Shown: piece after piece, positions 42,234-51,389 of the stretch
Position numbering within the stretch: the stretch's first letter is position 1
How the letters are laid out: each line of letters starts with the position of its first letter
Source: Longimicrobiales bacterium
GTDB taxonomy: Bacteria; Gemmatimonadota; Gemmatimonadetes; Longimicrobiales; Gaopeijiaceae
Assembly (NCBI GenBank): GCA_965248195.1
Contig: CBDFIQ010000002.1
Coordinates: 1,920,001-1,984,000 of the forward strand
Length of the DNA stretch: 64,000 bases
Direction of reading: 5' to 3'
Translations under genes and position numbers: made by a program
The notes under the pieces: model-generated
The model's database searches: none
What the model was told of the DNA's origin: nothing
Seen by the model: only the letters and a program-made list of their open reading frames with translations

Positions 42234-43385
42234 CTAGCCTAGAACACTCAAAAAGATCCCAGCGACAACAGCAGAACCTACAACACCAGCCACATTTGGT
42301 CCCATGGCATTCATCAGCAGGAAGTTGCTCGGGTTGGCTTCCTGCCCCATTCGCTGCACTACCCTGGCTGACATTGGCACGGCCGAGACACCACAGGCAC
42401 CTATCATCGGATTGAAGGGTTCTTTGCTAACTAGCTTCATCAGCTTCCCCATAAGCACACCCCCGGCTGTCCCACAAGCAAAGGCGAAAAGACCCAAAGC
42501 CAGAACCATAAGGGTTTCCGGGCGCATTACTAGCTCGGCAGGCATACTTGCTCCGATAGAAAGCATGAGGAGTATAGTGATTGAGTTGATAAAGGCATTC
42601 TGTGCCGTGTCAGAAAGCCTTTCTACTGCACCGCTTACCCGGAGTAAGTTTCCAAACATAAACATTCCCACGATGGGTGCGCTGCGAGGTACCAGCAATA
42701 TGATCAGAATGAGGCATACTATGGGGAACAAGATCTCTTCTGTTTTTGACACCTCGCGTAACTCTGGCTCCATATAGATCTCTCTCTCCCTTTTTGATGT
42801 GAGAGCTCTAATTATGGGAGGTTGAATGATGGCTACCATTGCCATGTAAGAATATGCGGCCACCGCCGTGATCCCCATTATCTCAGGCGCAAGCCGGGAG
42901 GTGACGTAGATCGTTGTGGGACCGTCAGCACCGCCAATGATTGCGATGGCAGCCGCTTCCTCCAATCCAAACTCGGCGATACCAAAGTGCCCCAAAGCCA
43001 AAGCGCCGAGGAAGGCAACAATTATTCCTACTTGTGCCGCTGCCCCAAGCAAAAAGAGCCGCGGACGGGCTATGAGTGGTACGAAGTCCGTCAACGCACC
43101 AAGACCAACGAAGATTAGCAGAGGCAGGACTGTATATCTGAGGAGACCAAATTCAATCAATATTCCCAAGAGACCGGCAGTCCCAATTTCGCCTCCCGCC
43201 TCCTGAGGCTGAACCAAGAGTCCAGTGCCAGGGAGATTAGCCAAGATCAATCCCATCCCGATAGGGAGGAGTTCATAGGGCTCGAAGTCCTTGACAATAG
43301 CGAGATAGATGAAGGTGAGCCCCACACATATTAAGACGACATGCCCCCAGGTAAGGTCGGCAAAGCCGGTTTGAAATCCTAGCAT
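42234..43385 (-). CDS. oadB: Na+-translocating decarboxylase beta subunit
   Basis: LLGAAAQ, IIGGADGPT, AYSYMA, GVSAVPMSARV and AMGPNVAGV motifs. Confidence 0.95.
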   Translation of the reverse strand: MLGFQTGFADLTWGHVVLICVGLTFIYLAIVKDFEPYELLPIGMGLILANLPGTGLLVQPQEAGGEIGTAGLLGILIEFGLLRYTVLPLLIFVGLGALTDFVPLIARPRLFLLGAAAQVGIIVAFLGALALGHFGIAEFGLEEAAAIAIIGGADGPTTIYVTSRLAPEIMGITAVAAYSYMAMVAIIQPPIIRALTSKREREIYMEPELREVSKTEEILFPIVCLILIILLVPRSAPIVGMFMFGNLLRVSGAVERLSDTAQNAFINSITILLMLSIGASMPAELVMRPETLMVLALGLFAFACGTAGGVLMGKLMKLVSKEPFNPMIGACGVSAVPMSARVVQRMGQEANPSNFLLMNAMGPNVAGVVGSAVVAGIFLSVLG

Positions 43386-43402
43386 CTTGTTCCAGTCAAC
43401 TC

Positions 43403-43567
43403 CTAAGTTCGTTCTCTTTCTTGCCCGCCTTCAGCCTTGCTGGCAGCGACTCTGCCAACTATCACCCCGACGAGCCAGATAGCTAGAGCCAGCATGATTA
43501 GGACGGCAAAGACTAGGACAAAGCCAAAGCCACTAATCTGCGCAGCGAGCCCCCAGTCTATTTCCAT
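43403..43567 (-). CDS. oadG: Decarboxylase gamma/delta (OadG-like) single-TM subunit, 54 aa
   Basis: Not in the track. MEIDWGLAAQISGFGFVLVFAVLIMLALAIWLVG... lies between oadA and oadB. Confidence 0.8.
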   Translation of the reverse strand: MEIDWGLAAQISGFGFVLVFAVLIMLALAIWLVGVIVGRVAASKAEGGQERERT

Positions 43568-43593
43568 ATCTCTAACTCAATAACTCGATCAGG

Positions 43594-45018
43594 TTATGAG
43601 CGGAGGTCGCTCTTTTCCCTGAGGGTCAGAAAGTCCTTGGCCTGCATGGGGTAGAGTATCCCCATGAGGATATCCTCGTCGCTCTTTGCCAGAGGGCCGA
43701 GTTCTTTCACCGCTCTGTCCCAGTCCTCCGGATCGGCGAGGTCCCCTGCCCTTGCCGAGTAATCGGGAGACTTGTCGCCCATTATCTTAGTCACGAGCTC
43801 CTCGCTCACCGGGCCCGGTGGCCGACCGTATTTACCCGCGACATAATCCATGACCTCTTGCGTGATGATTTGGTATCGCTCTCCCATCAGCACGTTGAAT
43901 ACCGCTTGGGAGCCGACGATCTGGCTCGTGGGAGTCAGGAGCGGCGGATAGCCGAGGTCCTTCTCCACATTCGGACTTTCTTTCAGGGCCGCCTCCATCA
44001 GATCCATCCGGCCAGCCTCTTTCAACTGCGCGACCATGTTGGAGATCATCCCGCCGGGCATCTTGTGCTTGAGCACCTCGGCGTTGACACCAGCGTACTT
44101 CGTTGCGTGTTCCGAATACTTCTCCCCGATGTCCCGTGTGATCCTGGTAGGCTCCTCGAGTAGCTTCAGGTCTATGCCCGTGTCGAAGGGTGTGTCCTTG
44201 AGTGCAGCGATCATCGTTTCGGTCGCGGGGTGTGAAGAGCCGAAAGCCAGCGGGCTCAGCACCGTATCGATCATATCCACCCCGGCGAGTAGGGCCATCA
44301 GGTGGCACATGCTGGAGGCCCCGGTCATATCGTGAGTGTGGAGGAGGACCGGCATTTCCTTGGCACGGTCCTTCATGCCCTTGATGATCCTGTAGGCATC
44401 GAAGGGCATGATGATACCCGTTGCGTCCTTCAGCGATAGCCAGTCTGCCCCGATCTCCAACACTTGCTCCGCATACTCCATCCACTTCTCAAGGGTGTGC
44501 ACCGGGCTGATGGTGTAGTTCACCTCCACGTGGGCCTCTCCCCCGAACTCCTTGACCGCCTTGGCGGCCACCTCGACGTTCCGGAAGTCGTTGGTGGCCT
44601 CGAACACCCGGAAGACGGTAATGCCGTTCTTCACCGCCTTCTCGACGAACTTGCGGACGATTCGGTCCGGATAGGGCTTATAGGCGAGGATGTGCTGGCC
44701 CCTCAAGAGCATCTGAAGTTTGGTGTTGGGCATGACCTCCTTGATTCGTTTGAGCCTCTCCCAAGGATCTTCCTTCAGGTATCTCAAGGCGGCGTCGAAG
44801 CTGGCCCCTCCCCATACCTCCACCGCATAGAAGCCACACTTGTCCAGGGCCGCGCAGAGGGGGAGAAGGTCATCCGTGGAAACCCTAGTGGCGAGTTTGC
44901 ATTGCTGGCCATCCCTCGGGGTCAGATCGGTAATCTTGATCCTTCTAGAGCCGATCGGTGCGCTGAGCAGTGTTCGAAGATCTTGATCCAGTCTCTCGAA
45001 GGATTCATTCAGATCCAT
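43594..45018 (-). CDS. oadA: Oxaloacetate decarboxylase alpha / pyruvate carboxylase B-type carboxyltransferase, no fused biotin domain
   Basis: RDGQQ, EVWGGASFD, EDPWERL, QMLLRGQ, HTH, PGGMISN and GYPPLLTPTSQIVG motifs. Confidence 0.9.
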   Translation of the reverse strand: MDLNESFERLDQDLRTLLSAPIGSRRIKITDLTPRDGQQCKLATRVSTDDLLPLCAALDKCGFYAVEVWGGASFDAALRYLKEDPWERLKRIKEVMPNTKLQMLLRGQHILAYKPYPDRIVRKFVEKAVKNGITVFRVFEATNDFRNVEVAAKAVKEFGGEAHVEVNYTISPVHTLEKWMEYAEQVLEIGADWLSLKDATGIIMPFDAYRIIKGMKDRAKEMPVLLHTHDMTGASSMCHLMALLAGVDMIDTVLSPLAFGSSHPATETMIAALKDTPFDTGIDLKLLEEPTRITRDIGEKYSEHATKYAGVNAEVLKHKMPGGMISNMVAQLKEAGRMDLMEAALKESPNVEKDLGYPPLLTPTSQIVGSQAVFNVLMGERYQIITQEVMDYVAGKYGRPPGPVSEELVTKIMGDKSPDYSARAGDLADPEDWDRAVKELGPLAKSDEDILMGILYPMQAKDFLTLREKSDLRS

Positions 45019-45032
45019 GGGTCGCCTCCTCC

Positions 45033-45473
45033 CTACGCTGACGTGACGGTCCCTTTCAAGGAACCGACTTCGTACTCACAGGTTATGGGGGCCACCCGAC
45101 TCGCCATAACGGCAATGCTGCAGGTGCGGGTCAGCGCTTCGTGAATGGCGTCCCGGACATCCTTGTCGGTGAGGTCTGGCCCTTTCATGCGGAACTTCAG
45201 CATGATCTTCGTATAGACCTTTGGATAATCTGGCCGGCGCTCCCCGTCTGTTTCCACCTCAACATCTTCCACGTGTTTGCCGGCCTGGTGGAGTGCCTCA
45301 TAGGCATGGATTCCCATGCACGCCGCGATAGAGTACATAAGAAGGGCTGGTGGCCTGAATCCCCTGCCTTTCCCACCCACATGCGCGGCGGCGTCAATCG
45401 GCAACTCTAGGTCAAGGTCTTCACCTTTGCCGACAAAATGGAAATCCGTCTTCTGGTTGACTCTTACCTTCAT
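45033..45473 (-). CDS. OsmC/Ohr family protein
   Basis: GFRP...AACMG and TCSI two-cysteine pattern. Confidence 0.85.
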   Translation of the reverse strand: MKVRVNQKTDFHFVGKGEDLDLELPIDAAAHVGGKGRGFRPPALLMYSIAACMGIHAYEALHQAGKHVEDVEVETDGERRPDYPKVYTKIMLKFRMKGPDLTDKDVRDAIHEALTRTCSIAVMASRVAPITCEYEVGSLKGTVTSA

Positions 45474-45488
45474 GGTCTAACCCTCCCT

Positions 45489-46454
45489 TCACTTAGGAAG
45501 CACCACAGAAAGTGGGGGCTCACCCGTCGCCACACGCCGGATGTTCTCCCACGCAAAACGGGACCGGCGGAACCAGCCCTCGTATCCATGCCCCGCGACA
45601 TGGGGTGAAAGGACGACATTGTCCTGCTGCACGAAAGGATGATCGGCGGGAAAGGGTTCCGTGCAAAAGACATCCAGCCCCGCTCCAGCGATGCGATTCT
45701 CCCTCAAGGCCTCGACCAGGGCCTCCTCGTCCACCGCGGGCCCGCGGCTGGTGTTGAGTAGGACGGTGGTGGGCTTCATCATTCCCAGCGCTTCCCGCCC
45801 GATGATCCCCTCGGTCTCCGGGGTGGCGGGGACATGCAGGCTGATGATGTCTGCCTCCCGCAGTAACTCCTCCAGAGAGACCCGGCGGGCCCCTAGATCT
45901 TTCTCTATCTCGGGGGCGGACACGACGTCGTAGTATATGACCCGGGCCTCGAACGCCGCCAAGCGCCGGGCTACTTTCCGGCCGATGTTCCCCGCCCCAA
46001 CCAGGCCCAGGGTTTTGCCCGCCACCTCAAAAGTGTTGAACCCCGAAATCGGCTCCCGCCACCGTCCCTCCCGCATCGCCCGGTCACACTGGATGAGACG
46101 CTTGTAAAGAGCCAAGAGGAGGGCAACAGTGTGCTCGGCCACCGACCAAGCGTTGGCCCCGCCGTTGGTAGCCACCGGGATACCCAACTCGGCGGTAAGG
46201 CCCAGGTCTATCTTGTCATAGCCGGCGGTCAAGAGTTGGATCAGGCGCAGCGTCTTGGCCGCTCGCAGGAGGTCCTCAGAGATCTGGGCCGGGTGGAGGA
46301 CCAGGAAGTCCGCCTCCCGCATCAAGGGGAGTTTCTCCTCGTCGCTGACACGACGGGGTAGCCAGGTCAGCTCAAACCCCTCGCGAGGCGCCTCCTCCGA
46401 GAAGATCTCCGCCACCCGCTCGCTTTGACCATTGATGAAAAACACCCTGGACAT
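45489..46454 (-). CDS. D-2-hydroxyacid dehydrogenase
   Basis: VAEH, GAGNIG, NTSRG, AGLDVF and SPHVAG motifs. Confidence 0.92.
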   Translation of the reverse strand: MSRVFFINGQSERVAEIFSEEAPREGFELTWLPRRVSDEEKLPLMREADFLVLHPAQISEDLLRAAKTLRLIQLLTAGYDKIDLGLTAELGIPVATNGGANAWSVAEHTVALLLALYKRLIQCDRAMREGRWREPISGFNTFEVAGKTLGLVGAGNIGRKVARRLAAFEARVIYYDVVSAPEIEKDLGARRVSLEELLREADIISLHVPATPETEGIIGREALGMMKPTTVLLNTSRGPAVDEEALVEALRENRIAGAGLDVFCTEPFPADHPFVQQDNVVLSPHVAGHGYEGWFRRSRFAWENIRRVATGEPPLSVVLPK

Positions 46455-46730
46455 CTTCGTGCCTCCTCGAATCGCCGACCCTTTATGGTTCCTCCCACGA
46501 ATCGGCGCGCCGTGACCTAGTCGGATTCCGGGCGCATGTCAAGGGAGCCGTCAGCCTCGATACGGCGCGGCAGGTGATGTTTCTGGCACCATCACGCTGT
46601 CTGCTCCCGAGGCACTCTTCCGAAGAGCAACCAGAAATTCTGGAAGGACAAGTTCCACCAGAATCGGGCTCGAGACCAACGGAAAGTGGATGCTCTCCGC
46701 GAATCTGGCTTCCGCGTCATGGGGTCCACT

Positions 46731-46848
46731 TCAGGTCACGCCCAGCTCCGTTCGGCGAAGCAGTTGAGCGTTGAGCTCTACGATGATCGTGCTGAGAGAC
46801 ATGAGTACCGCCCCTAGGGCCGGGTGTAACAGCACGCCCCAGGCCAAT
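46731..46848 (-). pseudogene. C-terminal fragment of a heavy-metal (Cu) P-type ATPase
   Basis: [31 protein letters not shown] matches the last TM helix of CopB-type ATPases. Confidence 0.75.
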
Positions 46849-46997
46849 CGCTCTAAGGGTTTCGGAGTTCGTAGGGTGAGGCACTGTTCGACCGGATACA
46901 TGAGCGGTCGTTGAGCCACAGCAAGCCTCGCCTCGGCTGCCGCTATCCTCGCCTTCGTAACCTCGTGTCGGGCACGGGCCGTCGAGGTCCTTGCGAA

Positions 46998-48011
46998 TCA
47001 CCCCAGCGCCCGCACCAGGGCATCGCTGAACTCGACCGTCGAGGCCTGGCCCCCCATGTCCCTCGTCCTTACCTCGCCCGCGCGAACCACGTTGTCGAGC
47101 GCCGCCCGGATGCGGGCGCCCACGTCGGGCTGACCGACATGCTCGAGAAGCAGACACGCCGACAGGAGGAGTCCAGTCGGGTTGGCGATCCCCTGCCCCG
47201 CGATATCCGGAGCCGACCCGTGGACCGCCTCGAACACGGCCGCGTCCTCTCCGATGTTGCCGGCCGGAGCGAACCCGAGACCACCTACGAGCCCCGCCAT
47301 CAGGTCGCTCAGAATGTCCCCTAACATGTTCTCCATCACGAGAACGTCGAACTGGCGCGGCTCCAGGACAAGAGCCATGGCGGTCGCGTCGATGATGCGG
47401 TCCTCCCATGCGATGTCCGGATACTCCGGGGCCATCTCACGGCCTACGTCGAGAAAAAGCCCCTGCGTGTACTTCAGGATATTGGCTTTATGCGCCAGGG
47501 TGACTCTCTTGCGGCCATTCGCGCGCGCGTACTCGAAGGCGTATCGGACGATCCGCTCGGCGCCGAAACGAGTCACGATCATTACGGATTCTGCGGCAGC
47601 CCGCGGGTCGCCCTCCAAGCCGATGTAGTGCTCGACGCCGACGTACAGACCCTCGGTGTTCTCCCGAATCAACACCAGATCGATGTCTTCGTAGCGCCCG
47701 CCCGGAACGATGGTTCGCACGGGTCGGACGTTGGCGTAGAGGTCGAACTCCTTCCGGAGCGCGACGTTGATGGAGCGGAAGCCCGAGCCCATGGGCGTGG
47801 TGAGCGGGCCTTTGAGCGACAACCCGTTGCGGCGGATCGAGTCGAGGGTGGCGTCCGGAAGCGGCGTATTGACTCGCTCGAGCGCCTCCAGGCCAGCCAC
47901 CTGCATATCGTACTCGAGGTCCGCACCCGACGCCCGGAGAACACTCAGCGTCGCGTCGGTGACTTCTGGACCGATCCCGTCTCCCGGGATCACGGTGACG
48001 GTTTTGGTCAT
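46998..48011 (-). CDS. icd: NAD-dependent isocitrate/isopropylmalate dehydrogenase family enzyme
   Basis: IPGDGIGPE, SINVALRK, RENTEGLY, HKANILK and FEAVHGSAPDIAG motifs. Confidence 0.88.
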   Translation of the reverse strand: MTKTVTVIPGDGIGPEVTDATLSVLRASGADLEYDMQVAGLEALERVNTPLPDATLDSIRRNGLSLKGPLTTPMGSGFRSINVALRKEFDLYANVRPVRTIVPGGRYEDIDLVLIRENTEGLYVGVEHYIGLEGDPRAAAESVMIVTRFGAERIVRYAFEYARANGRKRVTLAHKANILKYTQGLFLDVGREMAPEYPDIAWEDRIIDATAMALVLEPRQFDVLVMENMLGDILSDLMAGLVGGLGFAPAGNIGEDAAVFEAVHGSAPDIAGQGIANPTGLLLSACLLLEHVGQPDVGARIRAALDNVVRAGEVRTRDMGGQASTVEFSDALVRALG

Positions 48012-48479
48012 ACGAAGAACGAGCCCGAGCTAACTGACGAACTCCTCGCTGTACCCGAAGTCTGTGTGATCCTGACCCGCCACGTTTTTGCTCTCATTGA
48101 AATCCACCACAAGGATCGCACAACGCCGCGCCAGGAGCTAGAAGGCCGCTCTAGCGCCCCCGCCAAATCTCCGTGTCCGGACGGAAAACCGCCCAGGAGA
48201 ACCAGAAGTGGTTGCCGTGAACGATCTCGGTGAGTTGCGCGCCCGCCAGTTCACCGGCGATCGCCCTTCCGGAGAGATTCCAACAAGCGTTCCCGGGTCA
48301 AACGGGCCCCTTCCGGCGAAAACCCGTAGAGGGAGACCGCCGCGTTGCCCGACCGAAGGCGGAGGCGCGGCACGGCATGGGTCAACTGCACACGAACCTG
48401 CACACTTCGTCCAGAAACGAGACGAAGCACCGAGCGTAACCCGCTGCCCCATCTAGGTTTACGCGATTCCTTCGCGCAG

Positions 48480-48640
48480 TGGAGGCGGCGGGAGTGACCT
48501 GCGGTCGGCGCTGCGCGCCGATCCTCAGTCGGCTCGTCGGTCGACGAGAGGATGTTCGAGACCGTAATCCCTCCTCGGCTCGAACCTCGCTTGCCGTCCT
48601 CGGCGGAGCCGAGGCCGGGCGGGTTCGACTCCCGCCGCCT
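48480..48640. repeat. Palindromic element bounded by inverted copies of the tmRNA 3' end
   Basis: TGGAGGCGGCGGGAGT (48480-48495) and GCGGGTTCGACTCCCGCCGCCT (48619-48640) both match the ssrA 3' end, in opposite orientations. Confidence 0.8.
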
Positions 48641-48660
48641 AAACACCCCGAACGCATTAA

Positions 48661-48694
48661 CAGAAAGGACCGAACCATCAACATGGTCCGGTCC
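48661..48694 (-). terminator. Intrinsic terminator of ssrA
   Basis: GGACCGGACCAT/ATGGTTCGGTCC hairpin followed by TTTCTGTT on the minus strand. Confidence 0.75.
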
Positions 48695-48701
48695 CTCTGG
48701 A

Positions 48702-49056
48702 TGGAGGCGGCGGGAGTCGAACCCGCGTCCGCAAATGGATCCTACAGAGCCTCTACGTGCGTAGCGTCACTCAATGTTTCGCCCGGGGCGGCGAGCGAGC
48801 AACCGACCCCCAAGCTAGCTACCTGAACATCTCATCTCTGGCCCGGGCAGCACCGGCCAGCGACCAGCCCGACTCATCGACGTCTCGGAGACCCGCCTCG
48901 GGCAGGCAGATCAGGAAACGGACTACGAACCGAAGTTACGCAGCCAATGCCAGTTCATTGTTGGCAATTAAGGTTTTCCCAGGGGTTTTACGAGGTCCCG
49001 GGAACCTCGGCACGCTACTCCATATTCACCAAACGCGTCGAAGCCGTGACGCCCCC
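48702..49056 (-). ncRNA. ssrA: tmRNA; tag peptide (A)ANNELALAA* at 48936-48965
   Basis: 5' GGGGGCGTCACGGCTTCGAC, 3' GGTTCGACTCCCGCCGCCTCCA, Ala G:U acceptor stem, tag ORF ending LAA-stop, 355 nt. Confidence 0.97.
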
Positions 49057-49153
49057 GATGTCCTGCCGACCTATGGCCGTCCTACGTGAAACATACACCT
49101 CATGGACTGAATTACCCCCTGGAACAAGTCCAGGGTCCTGGCAGCCCTTCGTA

Positions 49154-50158
49154 TCAGGCGGCCTCGTAGGCCCCTGCGAGATGCCGCGCCAAGTACGCCT
49201 CAAGTAGGGCCTCGATGTCGTCGAGAGACGTGATCTGGAACAGCTGGGTGCGCAGTGCCCGCCCACCTGGTAGGCCCTTCGTATACCATCCGAGATGCTT
49301 CCTGAAGTCGATCAACGACTTTTTGGGATTGTCTTCGTAGCGGATCGCGTTCCTTGCCTGCTCCAGGCAAATCCCGAAACGTTCCTCGACGCTCGGCTCC
49401 GCTGGTATGGGATCGCCGTCCAGAGCGGCCCGTGCCTGAGCGAAGACCCACGGCGAGCCATGCGATCCCCTCGCGATCATCACACCGGCGCAGCCCGTCT
49501 CATCCTTCATGCGTCGGGCGTCGGCTCCGCTTTGCACGTCACCGTTACCGACTACGGGGACGTCGAGCGCTTCAACAAGAGCCGAGATCTCGTCCCAACG
49601 AGCCTGCCCACCGTACATGTCCGTTCGGGTACGGGCGTGGAGCGTCACCATGCGCGACCCAGCCGCTCGACAGCGTAGCGCGATGCCGACCGGATTACGC
49701 GACGGCTCGTCGTAGCCGCTTCGGATCTTGGTGGTCACTGGCAAATGCGTACTCCGCACTACGGACCGTATGATGCGCTCGACCAGGTCCATGTCTCGAA
49801 GGCAGCCCGATCCACCATTCCGCTTCACGATCTTCTTGACCGGACATCCGAAGTTGATATCGATGAAGTCCGGTCCGAAAACATCCGTTACGAGCGCAGA
49901 CGCTTCGCCCATCGTCTTGGGGTCCGACCCGAAAATCTGGATCCCGATCGGCCGTTCGTCCTCGCTGAACCGGAGTTGCTCGCGGGTCTGCCTGTTCCCT
50001 TGCATGATGCCATCGGCGCTCACGAACTCCGTGGATACGACGTCGGCACCAAACCGCCGGCAAAGCCGTCGGAACGGAGCTTCGCTCACACCCGCCTGGG
50101 GCGCGAGGAAGAGCGGCGTTCGGCCGCTCGCCATCAACTCGAAAACGTCGATTTCCAT
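49154..50158 (-). CDS. dusB: tRNA-dihydrouridine synthase B
   Basis: LAPQAG, IDINFGCP, HART, GNGD and RKHLGWY motifs. Confidence 0.93.
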   Translation of the reverse strand: MEIDVFELMASGRTPLFLAPQAGVSEAPFRRLCRRFGADVVSTEFVSADGIMQGNRQTREQLRFSEDERPIGIQIFGSDPKTMGEASALVTDVFGPDFIDINFGCPVKKIVKRNGGSGCLRDMDLVERIIRSVVRSTHLPVTTKIRSGYDEPSRNPVGIALRCRAAGSRMVTLHARTRTDMYGGQARWDEISALVEALDVPVVGNGDVQSGADARRMKDETGCAGVMIARGSHGSPWVFAQARAALDGDPIPAEPSVEERFGICLEQARNAIRYEDNPKKSLIDFRKHLGWYTKGLPGGRALRTQLFQITSLDDIEALLEAYLARHLAGAYEAA

Positions 50159-50303
50159 ACGGAGAAAGGTAGGGTCCGGCGGAACACCGGTGAAGGGCCA
50201 CGCCTTTGACAGTCTTTGGTGCCTTGAAGATATTCCACGGTTATTACTCACGGAACTTGCGGACCTTGAACCCACGGAGGGGCGCCCCTTCGGAGGCGCA
50301 CAT

Positions 50304-50756
50304 ATGAAGCTCATAGAACTGTTCACGGCCGATGTCGTGAACCTCAACCTCACATCGGATTCGAAAGACGAGACGGTCAAGCAACTGGTCTCTCTTCTCA
50401 AGCTCGACGAAAAGGCGAAAGGAATCCTCTACAAAACCCTCAAACGCCGAGAGAACCTCGGATCGACGGGAATCGGCCGTGGCATCGCGATTCCCCACTG
50501 TCGGTCCCTCGTGGTGAATCGGCTTCAGCTCGCCTATGGGAGGAAGCCGGGAGGGGTCGAATTCAAGGCCATCGACGACGAACCGGTATACAATTTCTTC
50601 CTCATCGTGGCACCGCCGCTCGAGGTCTCCAATCAATACCTTCCGATCCTCGGCAAGATCGCCCAGTTCGCGAAGGAGGATGACGTGCCGGATCTGCTGG
50701 CTGGTCTAGAGGGTCCCGAAGACTTTCTGAAGTTGTTGGAGGAGAGGGCCACTTAA
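50304..50756 (+). CDS. ptsN: PTS EIIA, Ntr/fructose type
   Basis: RENLGSTGIGRGIAIPH signature. Confidence 0.88.
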   Translation: MKLIELFTADVVNLNLTSDSKDETVKQLVSLLKLDEKAKGILYKTLKRRENLGSTGIGRGIAIPHCRSLVVNRLQLAYGRKPGGVEFKAIDDEPVYNFFLIVAPPLEVSNQYLPILGKIAQFAKEDDVPDLLAGLEGPEDFLKLLEERAT

Positions 50757-50786
50757 GAGTTGACACAACGCTGGCCCCAGTACCGG

Positions 50787-51233
50787 CTACTTCGCCACGT
50801 ACATCCGCATCACGGCCGTAACGCCATTCACGGTCAGCTGCACGAAGTAAATCCCGGACGCCACCTCCCGACCGGACTGATCGAGCCCATCCCAGTACGC
50901 CTCGTACCGGCCCGGGGTCACGTATTCCAGATCGACGAGTGGAGCTCGTCCGCCCGGATGACTGAGCGCGATCGGGGAGGCGACGAACTGCTGGAGAACG
51001 TTGTAGATGCGGACGGATACAACGGCCGTCGCCCCATCAGTGAACAGGACTTCGAGGAGATCGAAGGGAATCCTGGTCTCGGGATTGAACGGGTTAGGAT
51101 AGTTCTGCCCAAGTGTAAAACCGCTTTCTTGCTCCCCCGCCGGACCTGCATCTCCCGGCGGCCCCTGGGCCGAAATCCCCGGCGCAAGGCCGAAGAGCAC
51201 AGAAAGCAGGAAGACGCTCAGTATGCGTCTCAT
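50787..51233 (-). CDS. Secreted protein consisting of a FlgD-Ig/T9SS-type-A sorting-like domain
   Basis: Signal peptide plus LGQNYPNPFNP...IYN...WDG...VASGIYF. Confidence 0.8.
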   Translation of the reverse strand: MRRILSVFLLSVLFGLAPGISAQGPPGDAGPAGEQESGFTLGQNYPNPFNPETRIPFDLLEVLFTDGATAVVSVRIYNVLQQFVASPIALSHPGGRAPLVDLEYVTPGRYEAYWDGLDQSGREVASGIYFVQLTVNGVTAVMRMYVAK

Positions 51234-51389
51234 GCTATTTCCGCCTATCCGGTAGCTGTTGGACTAATCGCCCTCCATGGTAGTTGCCACTCGCGGCCGA
51301 CACGATACCCCACAATATCACGCGAAAACATCGCAAAGAACGCGGTCCTCCATGTTCCGCTGGGCCTGCTTTCTTAGGACTCCGTTGGA

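Noticed and set aside
33200..48495. Accessory region as an island integrated at ssrA
   Set aside because: The only direct repeat of the ssrA end is 222 bp away, housekeeping icd lies between, and no integrase was seen.
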